Below, one piece after another: positions 1-7,641 of a stretch of 20,705 nucleotides of DNA (its first letter is position 1; each line of letters starts with the position of its first letter). Source of the DNA: Candidatus Xenobia bacterium. GTDB lineage: Bacteria > Vulcanimicrobiota > Xenobia > Xenobiales > QWHO01. Location: the NCBI GenBank assembly GCA_045863235.1, contig BTUM01000117.1:1-20705 (forward strand). Direction: 5' to 3'. Below the pieces are notes generated by a model that saw nothing but the letters and a program-made list of their open reading frames with translations, was not told the origin of the DNA and searched no databases. A program made the translations under genes and the position numbers.

Positions 1-11
1 CCTGACCGTAG

Positions 12-329
12 CATCCCGCCTCCACCCGTTCCAAGCGCGCTTGCCGAAAGCTCACTTACCTTCCCAGAGGTTGGGAGTCGTGGCTCACCTCTCAGGGGAG
101 CTCCGGATGCATGGAAGTTTACACAGTGGACCCGCTCGACGTTGCCGTCGGGAAGCTCATGAGCCGTCGCAACAAGGATCGCACCGATCTGCGCATGCCG
201 GCTCGACATTACAGCAAGTCAGAATTCACAGAGCGCCTGGCCGAGTGCCGGAACCATTTTCAGCACGAGGCTGCTGCAGTCTGCCAAGCACAACTGGTAC
301 GTGCTTTCGGCGAAGACCTCCCCGATTGA
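12..329 (+). pseudogene. DUF6036-like nucleotidyltransferase (AbiEii/MNT-like) C-terminal remnant
   Basis: Frame of ORF 111..329 reads upstream as LTYLPRGWESWL...MEVYTVDPLDVAVGKLMSRRNKDRTDL, resembling the LPxGWxxRL...DPxDLAxxKL...KDxxD pattern. In-frame stops at 3-5 and 9-11 cut off the N-terminus. Confidence 0.5.
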
Positions 330-507
330 TAGCGGGGCCGATTCCCGTTTCATGGAATCAAGCAATCTGCCAGTTACACTCTGGTGAAGTCGTCCCGTCG
401 GCTTGACAGGTGAACGGTTTCTTGCGACAACGCAGGGTGGACCACGCTCCCGTGCTCCCTGACTCGCGAAGGCAAAGCGGCCAGGATCCTCCGACTGACC
501 GGCGAGG

Positions 508-1149
508 CTACTCGGCCGGAGCCTCGACCGGGGCCACTTCTTCTCCCCCGACCTCAGCCCCCGCCGCGGCCGCCTGGCGGGCGGCCACTTCGCGCCGGCG
601 CAGCTCTTCCTCGAGCATCTGGTTGCGCGTGCCGATCACCTGGTAGGCCAGGCACAGGTTGTCGTTGGCGTCCTGCATCTTGTGGATGGAGTCGATCAGC
701 ACCTGATCCTCGCCGCTCTGGACAAACGAGTCGAACATGCCGAACCCCTCGCGGTAGAGGGTGATGCCCTTGTTGAGGAGGTAGAGCACCTGCTTGGGAT
801 ACTCGTTCTCCGGATCGTCCGAGCGCTCGGCCTGCAACTGGGCGATCATCTCCGGCATGCCCACCTGCTCGAGCTCATCGATCTTGGACTTGACGAACTG
901 GTAGGCCTCCAGCAGCGGCCCGCCCGATTCCCCCACGTGCAGGTACTCGTAGGCCCGGCAGGTCAGGTTGTACATGTACTCGGTGACGTAGCGCCGGTCG
1001 GGCGTCAGGTAAGTGGTATGCTCGTCGAGCTCGAGCACCGAGCGGCCGCCGGGGGTGCCGGAAGGCGCCATCTGGAGCATCTTGGCGTTGCACTTGGTGC
1101 AGAAGTTGGTGCCGTCAGGATTGTCGTGGCCGCAGCGGATACAAAGCAT
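508..1149 (-). CDS. Zinc-ribbon domain hypothetical protein (213 aa)
   Basis: N-terminal CIRC-x10-CTKC zinc ribbon, followed by an acidic, helical-looking region; coding-like GC3 bias. Confidence 0.85.
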   Translation of the reverse strand: MLCIRCGHDNPDGTNFCTKCNAKMLQMAPSGTPGGRSVLELDEHTTYLTPDRRYVTEYMYNLTCRAYEYLHVGESGGPLLEAYQFVKSKIDELEQVGMPEMIAQLQAERSDDPENEYPKQVLYLLNKGITLYREGFGMFDSFVQSGEDQVLIDSIHKMQDANDNLCLAYQVIGTRNQMLEEELRRREVAARQAAAAGAEVGGEEVAPVEAPAE

Positions 1150-1174
1150 TTGCGGGTGTTCTCACGCAGCATGC

Positions 1175-1197
1175 AAAAAGCCTCCCGCAGGAGGCTT
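1175..1197 (-). terminator. Rho-independent terminator after the 71-aa gene
   Basis: Minus strand AAGCCTCC-TGCG-GGAGGCTT-TTT: perfect 8-bp stem ending in a 5-T tract, about 25 nt after the stop codon. Confidence 0.8.
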
Positions 1198-1221
1198 CGT
1201 CGGACCGCCGAGCGTGAGTGC

Positions 1222-1437
1222 TCAGGCCAGGCCGGGATACTGCTGGCCGGGCATTCCGGGGCCCAGGCCCTGAGTCAGGAAGCTGTTCTGCTGGTTGCCC
1301 TGGTTCAGGAGGGCGGACATTGCCTGCTCGTTCTTCTCGTTGCTCTTGCTCATCTGGTGCATCATGACGCCCTGTTGGACCATCCCGATGACCTGGGGGG
1401 CGATCATGGCGACTCCGAGTGCGAGGGGAAGCGGCAT
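1222..1437 (-). CDS. Small Met/Gln/Gly-rich hypothetical protein (71 aa)
   Basis: Strong AGGAGG RBS upstream of ATG, AT-rich leader, own terminator, hydrophobic N-terminus. Confidence 0.8.
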   Translation of the reverse strand: MPLPLALGVAMIAPQVIGMVQQGVMMHQMSKSNEKNEQAMSALLNQGNQQNSFLTQGLGPGMPGQQYPGLA

Positions 1438-1586
1438 TTTTAGGTTCCTCCTGAAGAAATTTTCTTTAGCTCTTGTTCTTGCTGATAGGTTGAGTATCCC
1501 CCAGAAAGGGGCAAAGGAAAGGCGGTCAGGAGTTAACTTTGTGTAACATCTTTTGCCGGGTCGCGTGAAAATCGGCTCAAAATCGC

Positions 1587-2540
1587 TCAGGGTCGGATGA
1601 GAAAGTCCCGCCCCGCCTCGAGCGAGAAGATCTCGGCGGCCCGGTGGGGATCGTCGGCATCGGTCACCAGGCGCACCTGGCCGTCGCAGGCGACGTCGAC
1701 CCCTTCCACCTTGACCTGGCCCTCCAGAAGCCTCATCGCACCCACGGTGCCGTCGCGGTCCATCCGGCCCAGCACGCTGCCCAGCACGGCCCCGTCATCA
1801 TACGGATTGGCGGTATTCTCGGCGCTGGCCGTGAAGAGAAAGTGGCCGTCCGGAGTGGGAGCCAGGTCGGTGAAGGTGAGCTTGACCCCGCCCAGCTCAC
1901 CCAGATCCACCGGGCGCACCGACTGCAGCGCCTCTGGTCCCACCGTCCCGCTCTCGGCAATGGACCGAAAGAAACGGGCCGCGTCCAGGTCGATGATGGC
2001 GTTGGTTCCCCCGGCCGAGTTGCCCCGGTGCAGCATGCGCACCAGCTGGTCCTGGACGGCCACGCCTTCGATGTTCAGGTCGGGCAGCTGGCGCGCGAGC
2101 TCGGCATAGAGCGGAGCCAGGTCGAAGGTTTGGGGCTCGCCGCCGGCCACGCTCACCAGTACTCCGCGCTGACGGCGCTCGGTGGAGCCCGAGCCCACGC
2201 TCAGAAGGCTGCGGCCGGCGAGGCCAGACAGCTCGGGCTCCACCAGGGTCAGCGACTCGAGATCGGGCTTGGCCTGCTTGCGGTCGGCGTGGTCCTCGGG
2301 CAGGGGGGGGTCGCTGAAGACCGGGCGGTCCTTCCCCGGACGGGTCAAGGAGGCGTCGAAGCAGCCCAGCGACAGGCCGTCGTCGGGCACCACGAACAGC
2401 TGGTCTTCCAGGGAAACCAGACCGGAGGCGGCTGACAGCTTGCGGTCGCCTTCCAGGCGCAGCTCGCCCAGCTTGCGCATGGGCAGTCGGGGGAGGGACG
2501 GATCGAGAGCGCGCACCTGCGGTTGTTCGTCGCCGCTCAT
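1587..2540 (-). CDS. DUF6929/DUF6910-like probable beta-propeller protein (317 aa)
   Basis: Motifs LSAASGL, DD, KPDLES, GSGS, LNIEG, RGN, SAE, YDDG, KVEG, TDADDP. ATG at 2540 overlaps the upstream TGA (ATGA). Confidence 0.75.
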   Translation of the reverse strand: MSGDEQPQVRALDPSLPRLPMRKLGELRLEGDRKLSAASGLVSLEDQLFVVPDDGLSLGCFDASLTRPGKDRPVFSDPPLPEDHADRKQAKPDLESLTLVEPELSGLAGRSLLSVGSGSTERRQRGVLVSVAGGEPQTFDLAPLYAELARQLPDLNIEGVAVQDQLVRMLHRGNSAGGTNAIIDLDAARFFRSIAESGTVGPEALQSVRPVDLGELGGVKLTFTDLAPTPDGHFLFTASAENTANPYDDGAVLGSVLGRMDRDGTVGAMRLLEGQVKVEGVDVACDGQVRLVTDADDPHRAAEIFSLEAGRDFLIRP

Positions 2541-3751
2541 CCTATTGCCTGGCGAGCCGCCCGCAGGCCGCTGAAGTGGGCTCCCTGCACGGTGGCCGGG
2601 GCCCGCCGCCAGGTCGCCTCGCCGGCGAAGAAGAGCGGGCCCACCGGCTCGGCCAGCCGGTCGTAGGCGCTCGGGTCTCCCTCCGGGGGCACCAGGCTGT
2701 AGGCTCCCAGGCTGTAAGGCTCGCTGCCCCAGCGGGTGACCCTGCAAAGGCGCGGCCAGCGAATGTCGGGGAAGGCCGGGCGCAGGGCTTCCAGAGCGGC
2801 TTGGATGATCTCGAAGTCGGGCTTTTGCTCCAGCTCCCAGGCGGCCTGACCGCTGGCAAAGCCGATCAGCACCGGCTGGCCCATGGCCCGCTGGCCGTCG
2901 AGGTAGGTGCCCAGCCTCCCCTCGCTCTGGGCGGTCAGGGCAAAGAAGTCGTGGCCTTCGGGCCAGAACGGCTCGGTGAACTGCAGCACCACCTTGTTGA
3001 GCAGGGTGACTCCCAGCTTGGCCAGGGCTTCGGACTTGCCGGGAAGCTCGGGCTCGAAGCGCACCTTGCCCGAGCGCCACACGCCCAGAGGCAGGGTCAG
3101 AACGGCCCGGTCGAAGCGGAAAGAGCCGCGGGGGGTGACCAGCTCCACGTCGGCGCCCCAGCGCACCAGCTCGACCGGCTCTTCCAGGCGCAGGCTGCAG
3201 CCCTCGGTCGAGAGCAGCGTGTCGTAGCCCTCCAGGGGTAGCAGGTCTTGATTGGGCGGGGGCTCGTCGGCTCCCGGGTCCCAGCGCCCGCTGAGGGCGT
3301 CGATGTCGGCCACGGGAAGGGCCCGGGCCCGGCCCAGCCAGACCTCCTCGGCCGGCTCGGGAGTGGCCAGCTCGAAAGCCTGGCGCAGGCTGAGGGGGCG
3401 GCCGGCCTGCGTGCCGGCCCGCAGGGCCCGACCCACTCCGCTCACCTGCATGGCCGCCAGCTCGCGGCAGCGGGCCGCATCCACGGCCCGTCCCTGCGGG
3501 TCGAACAAGAGCAGGTTGTAGGGATCGCTCTGGCGGGTGCGTCCACCCGAGCGGGCGGCGTAGGGATGGGCCATCCCGGTGTGCAGCCAGGCCGCCCCCA
3601 GCTCGACGGGGTAGCCGAAGCTGCGGTCGGTCCAGATGCGACCGCCGATGCGGTCGCGGGCCTCGAAGACGGTGACCTGGCAGCCCTTCTTGGCGAGCTC
3701 GGCGGCAGCCGCCAGCCCGGCGGCTCCGGCCCCTATGATGGCGATGTTCAC
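2537..3751 (-). CDS. Flavin-containing amine oxidase family protein (404 aa)
   Basis: IIGAGAAGLAAA dinucleotide-binding motif, EARDRIGGRI, ELGAAWLH, W...PYSLGAYS, LFFAGEAT, TVQGAHFSGLRAA. GTG start overlaps the upstream TGA. Confidence 0.9.
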   Translation of the reverse strand: MNIAIIGAGAAGLAAAAELAKKGCQVTVFEARDRIGGRIWTDRSFGYPVELGAAWLHTGMAHPYAARSGGRTRQSDPYNLLLFDPQGRAVDAARCRELAAMQVSGVGRALRAGTQAGRPLSLRQAFELATPEPAEEVWLGRARALPVADIDALSGRWDPGADEPPPNQDLLPLEGYDTLLSTEGCSLRLEEPVELVRWGADVELVTPRGSFRFDRAVLTLPLGVWRSGKVRFEPELPGKSEALAKLGVTLLNKVVLQFTEPFWPEGHDFFALTAQSEGRLGTYLDGQRAMGQPVLIGFASGQAAWELEQKPDFEIIQAALEALRPAFPDIRWPRLCRVTRWGSEPYSLGAYSLVPPEGDPSAYDRLAEPVGPLFFAGEATWRRAPATVQGAHFSGLRAARQAIG

Positions 3752-4563
3752 GGGCCGGCTGCTTCTCCGCCGGTGACTCGGAACACTTCTACCGAGTCCA
3801 CCGGTTGCCCGCCCTGGACGGCCGGCTCCCAACGCCACTGGCTCAGAACGCTCTCAATCTGTTTGTCCAGCGCCGAATCGCCAGTCCCGCTTAGAAGCGA
3901 TACGCGGACCTCCCCGCTGGCGGCAATCTCGAAGCGCACTCGCACGGTCTTGCCGACCGGGACGGGAGGAGCCGGGTCTTGCACGCGCCGAGCGCGCCGG
4001 TCCTGGCCGTCCGGCTTGCCAGCCGAAGGCTGTTCGGAAGGCTCGGAGCTCGATGAAGGCTCGGGGCTCGGGGAGGTCTCGGGGCCTGGCGAAGGCCCGG
4101 GGCTCGGGGAGGTCTCGAGGCCTGGCGAAGACTCGGGGCTCGGTGAAGACTCGGGCGCAGGCGAAGGGCTGGGAAGGGAAGCCAGGGGCTCGGGAGACGG
4201 CTCGGGCTGCGGGCTCTCTGAGGGGGAGGGAAGGGCGCTTGGCTCGGGCTTCGGAGAAGCGGTGGCGACTCGGGCTCGGGCGCGGGGATACGGGGGTCTG
4301 GGCGGGGGGACGGGCGCGGGTCGAGGGGGCCGGGGGCGGGACAAGGCCAACGGCACGGACGGTCTGGGGGCCGGGCGAGTTGGAAGCGGAAGAGCTTGCG
4401 GTCTGCGGGGAGGCTCGGGCCGGGGAAGGAGACGCACTTCGGCCCGTGGCAGGGGAACGCTCGCCGCCTGGCTCGAGGTCAGGCCCGCGCCCAGCTTCGG
4501 CAGGATGAAGAAAGCGTGCAGCACGATCGAGGCCAGCAGCGCCGCCGCGAAAGGCCGGTCAAT
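3748..4563 (-). CDS. TonB family protein (TM anchor, Pro/Ser-rich linker, TonB C-terminal domain); start uncertain
   Basis: In-frame N-terminal FAAALLASIVLHAFFIL with the SxxxH motif, long Pro-rich spacer, C-terminal VRVRFEI..SG....G...LD......WRWEPA..GQPV. First canonical start is GTG 4524, inside the TM helix. Confidence 0.75.
   Translation of the reverse strand: MDRPFAAALLASIVLHAFFILPKLGAGLTSSQAASVPLPRAEVRLLPRPEPPRRPQALPLPTRPAPRPSVPLALSRPRPPRPAPVPPPRPPYPRARARVATASPKPEPSALPSPSESPQPEPSPEPLASLPSPSPAPESSPSPESSPGLETSPSPGPSPGPETSPSPEPSSSSEPSEQPSAGKPDGQDRRARRVQDPAPPVPVGKTVRVRFEIAASGEVRVSLLSGTGDSALDKQIESVLSQWRWEPAVQGGQPVDSVEVFRVTGGEAAGP
4055..4162. repeat. 36-bp tandem repeat x3 in the TonB linker
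   Basis: Units at 4055-4090, 4091-4126 and 4127-4162 (gaaggctcggggctcggggaggtctcggggcctggc-like), encoding 12-aa Pro/Ser/Glu repeats. Confidence 0.85.
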
Positions 4564-5062
4564 TGCTCTGAGGAAGTTCGATCCGCTCCCCGCTCATCCG
4601 GTACAGGCTGATCACCTCGCCGTCCTGAACGTCTTCCCCCACCTGGAGGTCGCCGTAGACGGTGATGGGCTGATCCATGGCCACCGGAGCCCGTTTGGCC
4701 AGGCTGACGAAGACCCACTCGTTCAAAGCGGGGGTGGCCCCGTAGCAGCACATCATCTGGTCTTTCACCAGCACGAAGCTGCTCACCCCGTCCTTGTCCA
4801 TGTCCACGGGCACCATGAAGCCGTCGATGGAAACCTTCTTGCCGTTGTAGCGGGTCACGCTCTCGGGCAACCGGCTCTTCTTGGGTTCGTAATTGAAGCC
4901 ACCCAGTGCCTGAAACCCGACCTTCTCGTAGGCGCCGCTCGAGGAATTGGGCGAGGGAACAAGCCGAGGAGGGGCCTTGAAGACCATTCTCGGATTGCCG
5001 GCTACCAGCGCCACCCCGATCAGCAGGGCAACTCCCAGGAAGAGCTTGATACGATGCGCCAT
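4559..5062 (-). CDS. DUF3299 family protein (ZrgD/E-like, 167 aa)
   Basis: Hydrophobic N-terminus, then YNGKKVSIDGFMVP...FVLV...CCYG..P..NEWVFV...PITVYGDL...YRM, the DUF3299 pattern. Confidence 0.8.
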   Translation of the reverse strand: MAHRIKLFLGVALLIGVALVAGNPRMVFKAPPRLVPSPNSSSGAYEKVGFQALGGFNYEPKKSRLPESVTRYNGKKVSIDGFMVPVDMDKDGVSSFVLVKDQMMCCYGATPALNEWVFVSLAKRAPVAMDQPITVYGDLQVGEDVQDGEVISLYRMSGERIELPQSN

Positions 5063-5220
5063 AGGCACAGGATTGGCCGGCCCGGTCCCGGCTCCTCCTG
5101 GGGTGGCGGTTACGAGCCTTCGGGTGGCGATCGCCACAGAGAACTGAAGACCCCACCGGCGGGTCGGCGCGCAGGACCGAGCGGGTTTCTTGACGAGGAC
5201 CGGGAGGGCCCGATGTCCCG

Positions 5221-5249
5221 TTGACCGGAGGGCCACAGCACTCTATGAT
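5221..5249 (+). promoter_or_regulatory. Sigma70-type promoter for the ABC transporter operon
   Basis: TTGACC (5221-5226), 17-nt spacer, TATGAT (5244-5249), 11 nt before ATG 5261. Confidence 0.7.
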
Positions 5250-5260
5250 GCTATTTGAGA

Positions 5261-5938
5261 ATGGACCCTCAACTACTCGTCCTGACCGACCTCAAGAAGA
5301 GCTTTCGCACGCCTGAGAACGAGCCTCTGCCCATTCTGGACATCGCTCATTTCCAGCTGGCCCCGGGCGAGCAGGTGGCCCTCCAGGGAGCCAGCGGCTG
5401 TGGCAAGACGACTCTGTTGCACCTCATCGCCGGCCTGACCCCGGCCGACTCGGGCCGGATCGAGCTGGCCGGCCAACAGCTCTCGAGCCTGAGCGAGGTC
5501 GCCCGCGACCGTTTGCGGGCCACCACCCTGGGCTATATCTTCCAGACCTTCAACCTGCTCCAGGGATTGAGCGCCCTCGAGAACGTCGAGCTGGGAATGC
5601 TGTTCGGCGGCAAGCGCGATGCTGCCTATGCCCGCTTGCTCCTGGAGTCGGTGGGGCTGGGCCAGCGGGCACACTATCGGCCGGCTCGCCTGTCGGTGGG
5701 TCAGCAGCAGCGGGTGGCCGTGGCCCGGGCCCTGGCCAACCGTCCTCGCCTGGTGCTGGCCGACGAGCCCACCGCCAATCTCGACCGCAAACACGCCCTG
5801 GAGGCGGTCGAGCTGATCCAGTCTACCTGTCGCCAGAACCAGGCCGCCCTGCTGCTTGTTTCGCACGACGCCGAGGTGGTGGGACGCTTTCAGCGCGTCG
5901 AGATGCTGGCCGACCTCAACCGGGTGCTTGTCTCGTGA
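5261..5938 (+). CDS. ABC transporter ATP-binding protein, LolD/MacB-type (ZrgB-like)
   Basis: Walker A GASGCGKT, signature LSVGQQQR, Walker B LVLADEPT, SHD. Alternative start TTG 5255. Confidence 0.92.
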   Translation: MDPQLLVLTDLKKSFRTPENEPLPILDIAHFQLAPGEQVALQGASGCGKTTLLHLIAGLTPADSGRIELAGQQLSSLSEVARDRLRATTLGYIFQTFNLLQGLSALENVELGMLFGGKRDAAYARLLLESVGLGQRAHYRPARLSVGQQQRVAVARALANRPRLVLADEPTANLDRKHALEAVELIQSTCRQNQAALLLVSHDAEVVGRFQRVEMLADLNRVLVS

Positions 5939-7167
5939 GCGTTCTCAAGCTCGCATGGCGCAGCCTGACCCAGCACCGGGTATCCAGCCTGGTGACCATC
6001 TTCTCCATCGCCCTCGCCACCGGGCTGGTGATGGCCGTCTTTGCCATCCAGGCCCAGTCCTACGCCGCTTTCACCGGCGGAGCGGGCGGATTCGACGCCG
6101 TGCTCGGGGCTCGCGGCAGTCAGCTCCAACTTGTGCTGAACACCGTTTTCCACCTGGAGACCTCACCTGGCAACATCCCCTGGTCGCTTTACCAGGCAAT
6201 CTCCCAAGACCCCCGGGTGGCCCGCGCGATTCCCTACGCGGTGGGGGACAACTATCGAGGCTTCCGCATTGTGGGCACCTCACCGGAGCTCTTCCAGAAG
6301 GGTTTCCAACTCGCTCCCGGTGGGCAGCTCTTCGAGCCCAACTCGCGACAGGCCCTGGTCGGCAGCTTCGTCGCCCAGAGAACTGGCCTCAAGCCGGGAT
6401 CGCGATTCAATCCTTACCACGGCGTGGTCTTCAGCGAGTCGGCACGCCACGAGGAGGAGTATACGGTGGTGGGGGTGCTCGAGCCAACCAGCTCGCCAGC
6501 CGACCGGGTGATCTGGATCCCTCTGGAGGGTATCTTCCGGATGTCCGGCCACGTGCTGCGCGGCACCGGGGAGGACTTCCAGGCACGACCTGACGAGGAG
6601 ATCCCCGATCAGCACAAGCAGATCAGCGCCGTCATGCTCGAGCTCAAGAGCAGCCAGGCCGGCTTTGCGCTCGATCAGACCATCAACAAGCAGGGCCAGG
6701 TGGCCACTCTGGCCTGGCCCGTGGGGCGGGTGATGGCCGAGCTCTTCGACAAGCTGGGCTGGATGAATCGGGTGCTGGCCCTGGTGGCCTACCTGATCGT
6801 GGCAGTGTCCTGCGCCTCGATCCTGGCCGGGCTCTACAACACCATCGACCAGCGCCGCCGCGAGCTGGCCATCCTGCGGGCCCTGGGAGCACCCCGGCGC
6901 ACGCTGCTGGGGCTGATTCTGCTCGAATCAGGCTTGCTGGCCGGGCTGGGCAGCCTGGCCGGGCTGCTGGTCTACGCCGCCATTCTGGCCGTGGCCGCCG
7001 CGGTCGTGCGCGGCCAGACGGGGGTGGTGCTCGGCATTCTGGACTTTCACCCGGTGCTGGTGCTGGCCCCGCTGGGGGTGACGGCGCTGGGGACGCTGGC
7101 CGGCCTGTTGCCTGCCTGGAAGGCTTATCGGACCGACGTGGCCAGCAACCTGGCCCCGCCGGCTTGA
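5935..7167 (+). CDS. ABC transporter permease, FtsX/MacB-type (ZrgC-like)
   Basis: N-terminal TM, periplasmic domain (GARGSQLQLVLNTVFHL...GNI, GDNYRGFRIVGT), RRRELAILRALGA and three C-terminal TMs; GTGA overlap. Confidence 0.9.
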   Translation: MSVLKLAWRSLTQHRVSSLVTIFSIALATGLVMAVFAIQAQSYAAFTGGAGGFDAVLGARGSQLQLVLNTVFHLETSPGNIPWSLYQAISQDPRVARAIPYAVGDNYRGFRIVGTSPELFQKGFQLAPGGQLFEPNSRQALVGSFVAQRTGLKPGSRFNPYHGVVFSESARHEEEYTVVGVLEPTSSPADRVIWIPLEGIFRMSGHVLRGTGEDFQARPDEEIPDQHKQISAVMLELKSSQAGFALDQTINKQGQVATLAWPVGRVMAELFDKLGWMNRVLALVAYLIVAVSCASILAGLYNTIDQRRRELAILRALGAPRRTLLGLILLESGLLAGLGSLAGLLVYAAILAVAAAVVRGQTGVVLGILDFHPVLVLAPLGVTALGTLAGLLPAWKAYRTDVASNLAPPA

Positions 7168-7206
7168 ACCTTGCCCGGCCCAATACGTAGAATCTGGAGG
7201 ATGAGC

Positions 7207-7641
7207 ATGCATTTCTGGATGGCTTTGTTGCTCCTGGCTATCGGTTGCCAGGCCCCCGCACCAGATCATCACGACCATGGCCACCACGAGCACAAAGCCC
7301 CCCACGGCGGGACTCTGATCGTCCTGGGTGAGGAGGCGGCCCACCTCGAGCTGGTGCTCAGCCCGAGCGGTGGCATGACGGTTTACGTGCTCGATGCAGA
7401 GGCCGAGAATTCCATCCGGGTGGCCCAGAGCGAGCTGAGGATCGAAGTGGACGGGAAGCCCGTTCTGCTCAAAGCTCACCCCAGCGAGCTGACCGGGGAG
7501 AGAGTGGGTGATTGCTCGGAGTTTCAGGGAGACTCCAGCCTGCGTGATAACCCCCCATTCCAGGGGACGGTTTTTCAGATCGAGGTGCAGGGACGGAGCT
7601 ATGAGAAGATAACCTTTAAGTATCCCGAAGGAAACGAATGA
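7207..7641 (+). CDS. His-rich lipoprotein, probable metal-binding protein
   Basis: GGAGG 6 nt before ATG 7207; lipobox-like LLAIG-C; DHHDHGHHEHKAPHGG..HLELV. Confidence 0.8.
   Translation: MHFWMALLLLAIGCQAPAPDHHDHGHHEHKAPHGGTLIVLGEEAAHLELVLSPSGGMTVYVLDAEAENSIRVAQSELRIEVDGKPVLLKAHPSELTGERVGDCSEFQGDSSLRDNPPFQGTVFQIEVQGRSYEKITFKYPEGNE

Noticed and set aside
330..507. Intergenic region with TTGACA at 403-408
   Set aside because: No matching -10, no supported downstream + strand gene and no convincing structure.
2541..3080. N-terminal extension of ORF 1587..3080 (and similar extensions to 3838, 5236, 19852, 20133, 20591)
   Set aside because: They overlap neighbouring genes or non-coding elements; downstream starts with stop/start overlaps, RBSs or family-typical N-termini fit better.
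4055..4162. 36-bp repeats as a CRISPR array
   Set aside because: No spacers, in-frame within a Pro-rich linker, and no cas genes.
5127..5160. GCCACAGAGAAC as RNase P RNA, or nearby GAGGGCCCGATG as a SAM-I riboswitch
   Set aside because: Other diagnostic elements (GAGGAAAGTCC; ATC.AGAG and GCAACC) are absent.
3248..5224. 658-aa + strand ORF
   Set aside because: Antisense shadow of three well-supported minus-strand genes in GC-rich DNA; no recognisable motifs.
5256..5271. TGAGAAT-GG-ACCCTCA as a Zur/Fur box
   Set aside because: Only one good half-site, wrong spacing, and it overlaps the coding start.
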